Positions 18,779-28,830 of a stretch of 64,000 nt of DNA are shown in pieces (the first letter of the stretch is position 1; each line of letters begins with the position of its first letter). The notes beneath the pieces were generated by a model, which saw only the letters and a list, made by a program, of their open reading frames with translations, ran no database searches and was not told where the DNA came from. The stretch is from Acidimicrobiia bacterium (lineage in GTDB: Bacteria; Actinomycetota; Acidimicrobiia; Spongiisociales; ZC4RG35), in NCBI GenBank assembly GCA_035513335.1, contig DATKCE010000021.1, forward strand, positions 5,745 to 69,744, written 5' to 3'. The translations under genes and the position numbers were made by a program.

Positions 18779-19222
18779 CTATTCGTTGGTGGGTACCGTA
18801 TCGAGGGCGTTGCGGATCCGCTCGCCAACCGCCTCGAGCTCTGCCCTTGCAGGTCGAGTCTCCCAATCGGCGATGAGTTCGACCCCGTCGCCGTCGTAGC
18901 GCGGAAACACATGGAGATGAGCGTGGAAGACCTCTTGGAAGGGGGCTTCGCCGTCGGCGTAGAAGAGATTGACACCGTCGCAACGAAGGCCGCTCTCCCG
19001 TAACGCTGCCGCCATGCGCTGAGCGACGTTGAACAGATGAGCACCTGTTTGGAGATCGATGTCGGCCAGAGCGGGCAAATGTGCCCGCGAGACGACCATC
19101 AAATGCCCAGGCGTAACAGGACCGATGGTGAGAAAGACAAGGACGGTTTCGTCCTCGTAGAGGATCGTGGCAGGTGCGTCGCCGCCTGCGATCTTGCAGA
19201 AGATGCAGTCTGGGTCGGTCAT
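18779..19222 (-). CDS. HIT family hydrolase
   Basis: 147 aa with CIFCKI at the N-terminus and the histidine triad HAHLHVFPR. Confidence 0.88.
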   Translation of the reverse strand: MTDPDCIFCKIAGGDAPATILYEDETVLVFLTIGPVTPGHLMVVSRAHLPALADIDLQTGAHLFNVAQRMAAALRESGLRCDGVNLFYADGEAPFQEVFHAHLHVFPRYDGDGVELIADWETRPARAELEAVGERIRNALDTVPTNE

Positions 19223-19560
19223 GCGGGCTCGTTCGCGCTTGAGGCTATCTCAGGGCAGTGCTCTTGTCGGGCGTCTCTACCGCTCATCAACGAAGACGCT
19301 GTGTGATCACGGAGATTCGTTCCATCGCTCCTTCTCTGGTGATGGGCCACTGGTGCCCATGGAAGAGCTTCATGCCAGTCGCCCGCTCCTCCACGGCCTG
19401 GAGAGGTGTTCACGGTCGGAGCGCGGGCACTCCCTCCCCCAGTGGGCGGTGTGGGTAAGGAGATTCAAGGCCGAGTGGATTTGAGCCTCCCCCATCTAAA
19501 CCCCCTGAGAGGCCTCTTCTCCCCTGCCCTGAGCTGGCCGGCTCGGGGTTTGTTTGTGCC

Positions 19561-19614
19561 CTCCGACGCGCACAAGCGTCTCGGTGACACCGGATCCGGC
19601 CCTCGAACACGACA
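19561..19614. repeat. ssrA-flank module a, right copy (54 bp)
   Basis: 51/54 identical to 15410-15463. Confidence 0.9.
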
Positions 19615-19656
19615 AAACCCGCCTCCTCGATCCTTAGATCTCAGAGGCGGGTTTTT
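19614..19656 (-). terminator. rho-independent-type terminator downstream of tmRNA
   Basis: Stem ACCCGCCTC / GAGGCGGGT with an 18-nt loop. It is flanked by AAAA on one side and TTTTT on the other, so it could act in both directions. Confidence 0.65.
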
Positions 19657-19695
19657 CGTCTGTTCGGGTGCCACTTTTTCGTTAGCACCTACTTG
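19617..19695. repeat. ssrA-flank module b, right copy
   Basis: Contains the terminator hairpin plus the hairpin GGTGCCACTTTTTCGTTAGCACC (19667-19689). Ends at the tmRNA 3' end. Confidence 0.6.
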
Positions 19696-20043
19696 TGGAG
19701 GTGCGGGGAGTCGAACCCCGGTCCGCTAAGCCGTCAGCGTTGGCATCTCCGAGCGCAGTCGTCAGCGATTTTCGGTCACAGGAACTCTGACGACGAGTTT
19801 CCCTGCGCCTATCCGGAGTTGTTCTTAGCCGACCGATCCCGGAATCCAGGACGGAGCATCCCACATTGCGGCGCCCTGACCTGACCGGGTGGGAACCAGC
19901 CAGGAGGACGGGCTACTTAATTAGGCAGCCAGTGCGAAGTTGTCTTCGGCACTTGTTGGTTGTTCCGGTTTGTTGACGGGGCCCCGGAGACCCCGGCTCG
20001 CTTCCAACGCCTCAACACTCAACGTCGAAACCGTTTCACCCCC
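19696..20043 (-). ncRNA. ssrA: transfer-messenger RNA (tmRNA)
   Basis: The 5' GGGGGTG pairs with the 3' CACCTCC (G3-U pair) ahead of discriminator A. T-arm GGGGTTCGACTCCCC. The tag reading frame ends ...GCC GAA GAC AAC TTC GCA CTG GCT GCC TAA (AEDNFALAA). CCA is not encoded. Adjacent to smpB. Confidence 0.9.
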
Positions 20044-20061
20044 GTGTCTGGGAGAACAGCC

Positions 20062-20091
20062 ATTGTAGATCCAATGTTCCCGATCACCCAA
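20062..20091 (-). promoter_or_regulatory. candidate ssrA promoter (-10 TACAAT, -35 TTGGGT, 18-nt spacer)
   Basis: On the minus strand, TACAAT (20067-20062) lies about 18 nt upstream of the mature 5' end. The -35 match is weak. Confidence 0.35.
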
Positions 20092-20116
20092 TGTGGATTG
20101 CCTTCTGTGTTCCCCA

Positions 20117-20134
20117 GGGCCGGTATACCGGCCC
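20117..20134 (-). terminator. hairpin between smpB and ssrA
   Basis: Perfect 7-bp stem GGGCCGG / CCGGCCC with loop TATA, about 10 nt after the smpB stop. No T-tract. Confidence 0.3.
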
Positions 20135-20144
20135 CCTGTGGCAA

Positions 20145-20615
20145 TTAGGAACGGGTTCGACGGGTGGCGCGGTCGATCTCGCGCTGGTGCTCGCGGTCGC
20201 GGAGGGTGTGGCGTTTGTCCACGGTGGTCTTCCCCCGGGCCAGAGCGAGCTCGACTTTGGCGTTGCCGTCCTTGAAGTACACCTGGAGCGGCACCAGGGT
20301 GAGCCCCTTCTCCGCCAGCCCACCGGCGATGCGGTCGATCTCGCGCCGGTGCAGCAGCAGCTTCCTCATCCGCTCCGGGTCGTGACCTCCCTCGTGGGCG
20401 TAGTCGTAGGGGGCGATGTGGGCACCGACGAGATAGGCCTCACCACCGCGGATGTCGCCGTAGGAGTCCTTCAACTCCATCTTCCCCTCACGGAGCGACT
20501 TCACCTCCGAGCCGAGGAGGACGAGACCAGCCTCGTAGGTGTCCATGATGGTGTAGTTCCTCCGGGCCTTCCGGTTGGTGGCGACGACCTTCACCCCGGA
20601 CTTTGGGGAGGTCAT
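20145..20615 (-). CDS. smpB: SsrA-binding protein SmpB
   Basis: ATG 20615 (MTSPKSGVKVVATNRKARRNY...). The whole length looks SmpB-like. The upstream part of track ORF ..20822 overlaps ftsX. Confidence 0.93.
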   Translation of the reverse strand: MTSPKSGVKVVATNRKARRNYTIMDTYEAGLVLLGSEVKSLREGKMELKDSYGDIRGGEAYLVGAHIAPYDYAHEGGHDPERMRKLLLHRREIDRIAGGLAEKGLTLVPLQVYFKDGNAKVELALARGKTTVDKRHTLRDREHQREIDRATRRTRS

Positions 20616-20617
20616 CG

Positions 20618-21541
20618 TCAGAACCCGGCGGGAACGTCCGGTCCGGTGCCCTCGGCGTCGCGCAGGTACTTGCTCAGCCCCAGCATGGAGCCGATCACAC
20701 CGGCGGCGGCACCGAAGATCATGAACAACAGACCCCACCTGAAGAAGAACTCCTGGCTGACGTCGAGCCGGAAGAGGGCGAACGTCTCCCCGGCCTGGGC
20801 CAGGTTGTTGGCCCCGAGCCACACCGTGAACACCGCGAGTGATGCTCCGACGAGCCCTTCGATCATCCCTTCCAGCAAGAAGGGCACTCGTATGAACCAG
20901 TTGGAGGCCCCCACCAGCTTCATGATCGAGACCTCGTCACGGCGGGCATAGATGGCGAGGCGGATCGTGTTGGCGATGAGCACCACGGCAGCCACGCCGA
21001 GGACGATCGCCATGCCCAACCCGAGGACGTTGAGGACGTTGGAGAGGCTCTGCAACTGTTCGATCGACTCGGCCGCGGTCGCCACCTGGCGCACGGAGCC
21101 GGTGCGCTGCTCGAGACGGAAGCGAACCGACGAGTGGAGTTCGATGTCTGTGAGCTCGATCCGGATCGAGGCGGGCAGGATCGTCGGATCGATGTCGAGT
21201 AGCTCCTGCTGCCCGGCGAACAGCTCCTGGTACTCCTCCCAGGCCATGGTCTTGTCGAAGTAGAAGGCGCTCCTGGTCTCCTCCCAACCTTCGATCTCGG
21301 TGAGGAGTTGGTCGTGAGCACCGATCGGCACACCGCTCTGCCCTTCATCGTTGAGGAAGGCGATGACGTGGACCCCTTCCTGCCAGGCGAGGGTGTTGAT
21401 GCGGAGGATCTCGTTGACCACCAGCGCCCCCAGAGCGAGGGTCAACGATATGAACACGGCGAGGATGGCGCCGGCGACGATGAGGACGTTTCGTCGCAGA
21501 GAGATCATCGCCTCCTTGAGGAGGAACAAGACCCGGCTCAC
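20618..21541 (-). CDS. ftsX: cell division permease-like protein FtsX
   Basis: 307 aa with four TM segments and a large first extracytoplasmic loop. Overlaps the ftsE stop. Confidence 0.9.
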   Translation of the reverse strand: MSRVLFLLKEAMISLRRNVLIVAGAILAVFISLTLALGALVVNEILRINTLAWQEGVHVIAFLNDEGQSGVPIGAHDQLLTEIEGWEETRSAFYFDKTMAWEEYQELFAGQQELLDIDPTILPASIRIELTDIELHSSVRFRLEQRTGSVRQVATAAESIEQLQSLSNVLNVLGLGMAIVLGVAAVVLIANTIRLAIYARRDEVSIMKLVGASNWFIRVPFLLEGMIEGLVGASLAVFTVWLGANNLAQAGETFALFRLDVSQEFFFRWGLLFMIFGAAAGVIGSMLGLSKYLRDAEGTGPDVPAGF

Positions 21542-22227
21542 TCCCGGGCCCCCTCGTATCCACCGGTCTCGTCGTCACGGACGAGTTTGCCGCCTTCGAG
21601 GGCGACCACCCGTCGCTTCATGGCGTCGACGATGGCATGGTCGTGCGTGGCCATGACGATGGTGGTGCCGGTCCTGTTGATGCGGTCGAGCAGTTTCATG
21701 ATCCCGACCGAGGTCTTGGGGTCGAGATTCCCTGTGGGCTCGTCACACAGCATGATCGGGGGACGGTTCACGAAAGAGCGGGCGACGGAGACACGTTGCT
21801 GCTCCCCACCGGAGAGCTGTCTCGGATAGCGCTCGGCCTTGTCGGCGAGACCCACCAGCTCGAGGACCTGGTCGACCTGGGGGCCGATCACGGATTGGGG
21901 CCGCCCCAGCACCTCGAGGGCGAAAGCAACGTTCTCTCGCACCGTCTTGTTGGGCAACAGCTTGTAGTCCTGGAAAACCGTGCCCACCGACCGGCGCAGG
22001 AAGGGGATCTTCCACTTGGGCAGGGTGGTGATGTCCTTGCCCGCGACCCAGATCTTGCCCCGGGTGACCGGCTCCTCGCGCAGCATGAGCCGGATGAGGG
22101 TCGACTTGCCGGACCCCGATGCGCCAACGAGGAAGATGAACTCGCCCTTCTGGATGTCGAGCGACACGTCATTGGCGGCCACGGTGCCGCCGTCATAGAC
22201 CTTGGTGACCTTATCGAGTCTGATCAT
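21538..22227 (-). CDS. ftsE: cell division ATP-binding protein FtsE
   Basis: ATG 22227 (MIRLDKVTKVY). Walker A GASGSGKST, ABC signature LSGGEQQRV, Walker B IMLCDEPTG. Confidence 0.93.
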   Translation of the reverse strand: MIRLDKVTKVYDGGTVAANDVSLDIQKGEFIFLVGASGSGKSTLIRLMLREEPVTRGKIWVAGKDITTLPKWKIPFLRRSVGTVFQDYKLLPNKTVRENVAFALEVLGRPQSVIGPQVDQVLELVGLADKAERYPRQLSGGEQQRVSVARSFVNRPPIMLCDEPTGNLDPKTSVGIMKLLDRINRTGTTIVMATHDHAIVDAMKRRVVALEGGKLVRDDETGGYEGARE

Positions 22228-22301
22228 GGGGATCGGGGGGAAGTCTGACAGCCTGTGGCCGTCGAGCAGGGCAATCCGCGACGGTAACGGCGGTGTGACG
22301 T

Positions 22302-23429
22302 CTAGCTGGAATCGTCGGTGGTCTCGTGCTCGGACCTGCGCCACCGCAGGTAAGCCTCGACGAACCCGCGCAGGTCCCCGTCGAGGACACCCTGGACATT
22401 GCCCACCTCATGGTCGGTGCGCAGGTCTTTTACCATCTGATAGGGCTGGACGACATAGCTGCGCACCTGTCGCCCCCAGGCGGCCTCGCCCTTCTCCCCC
22501 CTGATCTCGGAGAGATGCTCTTCCCGCTCCAGACGTGCCCGTTCCGCCAGACGTGCCTTCAGCATCGCCATCGCCCGGGCCTTGTTCTGCAGCTGGCTGC
22601 GCTCGTTCTGGCACTGGACCACGATTCCGGAGGGGAGGTGGGTGATGCGGACCGCCGAGTCGGTGGTGTTGACGTGCTGGCCCCCGGCACCCTGGGAGCG
22701 GTAGGTGTCGATACGCAGCTCTTCTTCGTTGATCTCGACGTCGGCGTCCTCTCCGAGGTCGGGGATGACGTCGACTCCGGCGAAGCTGGTGTGACGACGG
22801 GCGTTGGCGTCGAACGGGCTGATTCTCACCAGGCGGTGGACGCCCCGCTCGGACTCGAGAGTCCCGTAGGCGTGGTCGCCCTTGACGGTCATCGTCACCG
22901 ACTTGACTCCCGCCTCCTCGCCTTCGGTCACTTCTTCCACCCGCACCGAGAAACCGGCGTTGCTGAGGAAGCGCTGATACATACGGGCCATCATCTCCGC
23001 CCAGTCCTGGGCGTCGACTCCCCCAGCTCCGGCGTGGACGCTGAGGATGGCGTCGGCCTCGTCGTATTCGTCAAAGAAGAGTGACTCCATCTCCAGGTCA
23101 TCGAGCCCGGAAGCCGCCTCCCGGAGCAGACCGAGGGCTTCCCGGCGCGAGGCGGCGTCGTCGGCCTCGGCTGCCAACTCGAGGAGGACCTCGGCGTCTT
23201 CGATCTGCCGGCTCAGGCTGTCGACCCTGTCGAACATCCCCTCGTAGCGGGAGAGCCGCTGGCTGACCACACGGGCCCTATCTTGGTGGTCCCAGAGGTC
23301 GGGTGAGGAGGCCTCCTCGCGCAGTTCATCGAGCTCGGCCCCCTTGCCCTCGAGGTCGAGAAACACCCGCGCCTCGGCGAGCCGCTTGCGCAGCTCGGAT
23401 GCATACGAGACGGGATCGTGAATGTCCAC
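22302..23429 (-). CDS. prfB: peptide chain release factor 2
   Basis: 375 aa with SPF and GGQHVN motifs. Uninterrupted frame with no internal TGA frameshift site. Confidence 0.93.
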   Translation of the reverse strand: MDIHDPVSYASELRKRLAEARVFLDLEGKGAELDELREEASSPDLWDHQDRARVVSQRLSRYEGMFDRVDSLSRQIEDAEVLLELAAEADDAASRREALGLLREAASGLDDLEMESLFFDEYDEADAILSVHAGAGGVDAQDWAEMMARMYQRFLSNAGFSVRVEEVTEGEEAGVKSVTMTVKGDHAYGTLESERGVHRLVRISPFDANARRHTSFAGVDVIPDLGEDADVEINEEELRIDTYRSQGAGGQHVNTTDSAVRITHLPSGIVVQCQNERSQLQNKARAMAMLKARLAERARLEREEHLSEIRGEKGEAAWGRQVRSYVVQPYQMVKDLRTDHEVGNVQGVLDGDLRGFVEAYLRWRRSEHETTDDSS

Positions 23430-23470
23430 CGTGGAGTCAGCTTATGGTCCAGACAGGGTCAAGGCGCGGT

Positions 23471-26086
<2,616 letters not shown>

Positions 26087-26136
26087 CTGGCTCCACCATG
26101 GTACCGGGCAGCGGAGTTTGACCACATGGTTCGGCG

Positions 26137-26787
26137 CTACCTGATTTCGATCAGGCCTTCCCGATAAGCCCAGTTGACCGCTTCGAACCGGGACTTCAGC
26201 CCCAGCTTGTCGAGGATGTTGCGCACGTGGTTACGCACCGTGTTCTCGGAGATGTACAGCACGTCTGCGATCTCCTTGGAGGTCTTGCCTTCGCCGACCA
26301 TCCCGAGGATCTCCACCTCACGTCCGGTCAACTCCGGACGGCGCGCGCTCATCGACCCGTTGTGGCGAAGGAGGTCACGCAGAGCGGAGAACAGCTTTCC
26401 CCCCATCGCCGGGGATACCGCCGCTCCCCCGTCGAGAACGTCACGCATCGCGGCGGCTAGCCGCGGGAGTGGAGTGTCCTTGGTGAGGTATCCCGAAGCT
26501 CCGGCCTTGATCGCGGCGAGGAGGTCTTCGGCAGACTCGGAGGTGGTCAGGAGCACGACCCGGCTGCGCGGGCTCTCCTTCTGGATCGTGCCCACCACTT
26601 CGAGACCCGACATCCCTGGCATGAGGAGGTCGAGCATCACCAGATCGGGCTCGTGCTCCCGGGCGAGGTCGATACCTGCCATCGCATCGGCGGCGACGCC
26701 CACCACATCGAAACCCTCCTGGGAGAAGGCCGCCTTCAGCGCTTCGCGAAACAACTCGGCGTCATCGACTATCAGAATTCTGGCCAA
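26137..26787 (-). CDS. NarL/LuxR-family two-component response regulator
   Basis: Receiver domain (ILIVDD...[14 protein letters not shown]) plus a C-terminal LuxR HTH ([28 protein letters not shown]). No cognate kinase in the window. Confidence 0.9.
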   Translation of the reverse strand: MARILIVDDAELFREALKAAFSQEGFDVVGVAADAMAGIDLAREHEPDLVMLDLLMPGMSGLEVVGTIQKESPRSRVVLLTTSESAEDLLAAIKAGASGYLTKDTPLPRLAAAMRDVLDGGAAVSPAMGGKLFSALRDLLRHNGSMSARRPELTGREVEILGMVGEGKTSKEIADVLYISENTVRNHVRNILDKLGLKSRFEAVNWAYREGLIEIR

Positions 26788-26788
26788 A

Positions 26789-27382
26789 CTACGTCCAATC
26801 CTGGCTGTGACTCGTTATTGCGGTCACGTTAGACATCTGGGGGACGACGCTGACCGCGGCGACCGACCGCACCCTGTCTACACCCAATGCCGCAGCCGCG
26901 GCCTTCGCCGTGCCACCCGTGGTGACCACGTCGTCGACGAGGATCACGGTCGCCGGTGGGACTCTTCGCACCCGGAACGGGGGGACGGCGCGTGAGTGAT
27001 CACGCCCGGCCCGTCGGGGTGTGTGCAGGTGGGGGGCGAGAGCTCCGATCAGGGGGACTTCGAGTCTGCGACCCAGCGAGGCGGCGATCACCCGTGCCGG
27101 GTCGACCCCATATTTGAGGCGGCGAGAGAGCGCCCGGGGCACGGGCACGAGGGGAAGACGGGGCAGACGATCGGCGAGCAGTTCGGCTGCGAGCTCGGCG
27201 GCCACCACGACCCCCTGGTACTTGAGATGGTGGATCAGCGTCTTGGCCGCCCCGTCGTGCTCGAACGCGGCCACCACGGGGAGCCCGCCGGTGAGGAGGC
27301 GGTCTGGAGCAGGGCGGATCGAAGACTTGCAGTCACGACAGAGGCGACCCGCACCGGGTTGGTGACAGCAGAGACAGATCAT
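26789..27382 (-). CDS. ComF family protein (phosphoribosyltransferase domain)
   Basis: N-terminal CxxC...CxxC and a PRPP-binding loop ILVDDVVTTGGT. Confidence 0.8.
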   Translation of the reverse strand: MICLCCHQPGAGRLCRDCKSSIRPAPDRLLTGGLPVVAAFEHDGAAKTLIHHLKYQGVVVAAELAAELLADRLPRLPLVPVPRALSRRLKYGVDPARVIAASLGRRLEVPLIGALAPHLHTPRRAGRDHSRAVPPFRVRRVPPATVILVDDVVTTGGTAKAAAAALGVDRVRSVAAVSVVPQMSNVTAITSHSQDWT

Positions 27383-27436
27383 GCTCTCTCTCTATATCGG
27401 CAGCCAGCGACAGAAACCACAACGCGACTTTGGCCA

Positions 27437-27576
27437 CGCGAACCGAGGGCGCTGGACTTCGCTCAACGGGGCCTGCAACCCTGGGTTCGCGGGAGGCGGC
27501 GGGTCGCTGCAAACCGAGGGCGCCAGACTTCGCTCAACGGGGCCTGCAACCCTGGGTTCGCGGGAGGCGGCGGGTC
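27437..27576. repeat. family-1 structured intergenic repeat, two tandem copies (71-bp period), orientation A
   Basis: Core GAGGGCGCTGGACTTCGCTCAACGGGGCCTGCAACCCTGGGTTCGCG occurs twice and is followed each time by GGAGGCGGCGGGTC. The second copy ends on the ahcY stop codon. Confidence 0.9.
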
Positions 27577-28822
27577 AGGTGCCTTGTTGCCAGCCGCTCA
27601 GATAGTCGACCTGGTCCGGGGTGAGCTGCTCGAGGCCGCCGCCCATGTGCTCCAGCTTGATGCGGGCCACCTCGGAGTCGATCTCCGGCGGCAAGGTGTA
27701 GATGCGGGGCTCCAGTTCGTCCCGGTTCTGGATCAGATACTCGGCGGCGAGAGCCTGGTTGGAGAACGACATGTCCATGACGTCGGCGGGATGACCTTCG
27801 GCGGCGCTCAGGTTGACGAGGCGTCCCTCGGCGGCGAGGAGGATGCGACGCCCATCCGGCATGTCGAACTCCTCCAGATGGTCTCGGACCGGACGCCGCC
27901 CAGTGGCCTCGGCGCGCAGAGAGGCGAGGTCGAGCTCGATGTCGAAGTGCCCGCTGTTGGCGAGGATCGCTCCGTCCTTCATCCTCTCGAAGTGCTCCAT
28001 GCGCAGGACGTGCTTGTTGCCGGTCACGGTGATGAACACGTCTCCGATGGGCGCCGCGTCGATGGCGGTCATGACCCGGTAGCCATCCATGGCCGCCGAC
28101 AGGGCCCGCACCGGGTCGACCTCGACCACGATCACCTTCGCCCCCAGACCATCGGCGCGGTTGGCGACACCGCGACCACAGTCGCCATATCCGACCACCA
28201 CGACGTTCTGACCGGCGAGCAGGATGTTGCTGGCACGGATGATCCCGTCGATCGTCGACTGACCGGTCCCGTAGTGGTTGTCGAAGAGGTGCTTCGTCGC
28301 CGAATCGTTGACCGCCACCACCGGGACCCGCAACGTCCCGTCGGCAGCCATCGCCTTGAGCCGGATTACCCCGGTGGTGGTCTCCTCGGTCGACCCGATC
28401 ACCTCGATGTCTCGCCGGTCGGTGTGGAGGATGGTGGCCAGGTCGGCTCCGTCGTCCATCGTCACCGCCGGCGCGTGGTCGAGGGCGGCGTGGATGTGCT
28501 TGTAGTAGGTGCTGTCGTCCTCGCCGCGGATGGCGAACACGGGGATCCCCTCGGCGACCAGCGCCGCGGCCACGTCGTCCTGGGTCGAGAGCGGGTTGGA
28601 TGCGCAGAGGATCGGCTCGGCGCCCCCGTCGCGCAGGGCGAGCATCAGGTTCGCCGTCTCCGCCGTTACGTGGAGACATGCCGCCACGACGTGGCCATCG
28701 AGGGGCTTCTCCTCCCGAAACCGCTGTCGGATCGTCTCGAGCACCTGCATGCGTCGCCCGGCCCATGCCACCCGCCGGGCACCCCCTTCGGCCAGGTCGG
28801 GATTGGCGATGTCGTAGTTCAT
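27575..28822 (-). CDS. ahcY: adenosylhomocysteinase
   Basis: ATG 28822 (MNYDIANPDLAEGG...), 415 aa. NAD fold VVVVGYGDCGRG. The 268-codon extension in track ORF 27575..29626 overlaps the upstream gene. Confidence 0.95.
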   Translation of the reverse strand: MNYDIANPDLAEGGARRVAWAGRRMQVLETIRQRFREEKPLDGHVVAACLHVTAETANLMLALRDGGAEPILCASNPLSTQDDVAAALVAEGIPVFAIRGEDDSTYYKHIHAALDHAPAVTMDDGADLATILHTDRRDIEVIGSTEETTTGVIRLKAMAADGTLRVPVVAVNDSATKHLFDNHYGTGQSTIDGIIRASNILLAGQNVVVVGYGDCGRGVANRADGLGAKVIVVEVDPVRALSAAMDGYRVMTAIDAAPIGDVFITVTGNKHVLRMEHFERMKDGAILANSGHFDIELDLASLRAEATGRRPVRDHLEEFDMPDGRRILLAAEGRLVNLSAAEGHPADVMDMSFSNQALAAEYLIQNRDELEPRIYTLPPEIDSEVARIKLEHMGGGLEQLTPDQVDYLSGWQQGT

Positions 28823-28830
28823 TGTCTCTC

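Larger units (their letters stand above)
14664..19613. mobile_element. putative decayed genomic islet inserted next to ssrA (no recombinase seen)
   Basis: Bracketed by module b copies, with an inner segment 15464-19560 bracketed by 54-bp module a copies. G+C is lower in hand-counted lines. The cargo is accessory-type enzymes. Confidence 0.4.

Noticed and set aside
14393-19695. Integrase, transposase or excisionase genes within or flanking the ssrA islet
   Set aside because: I looked at all track ORFs and hand-translated the gaps. None shows recombinase motifs, so no mobile-element gene is reported, only the repeat architecture.
19682-20148. Track ORFs 19682..19864 (-), 19693..19884 (+), 19960..20148 (+)
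   Set aside because: They lie inside or across the tmRNA gene and its promoter region.
22302-23429. Programmed +1 frameshift site in prfB
   Set aside because: The RF2 frame is continuous from the ATG to the stop. There is no in-frame TGA or CTTTGAC-like site near codon 25.
27437-27576. A CRISPR array, considered because of the regularly spaced repeats
   Set aside because: There are only two units, directly adjacent without unique spacers. The same element occurs singly and inverted elsewhere, and there are no cas genes.
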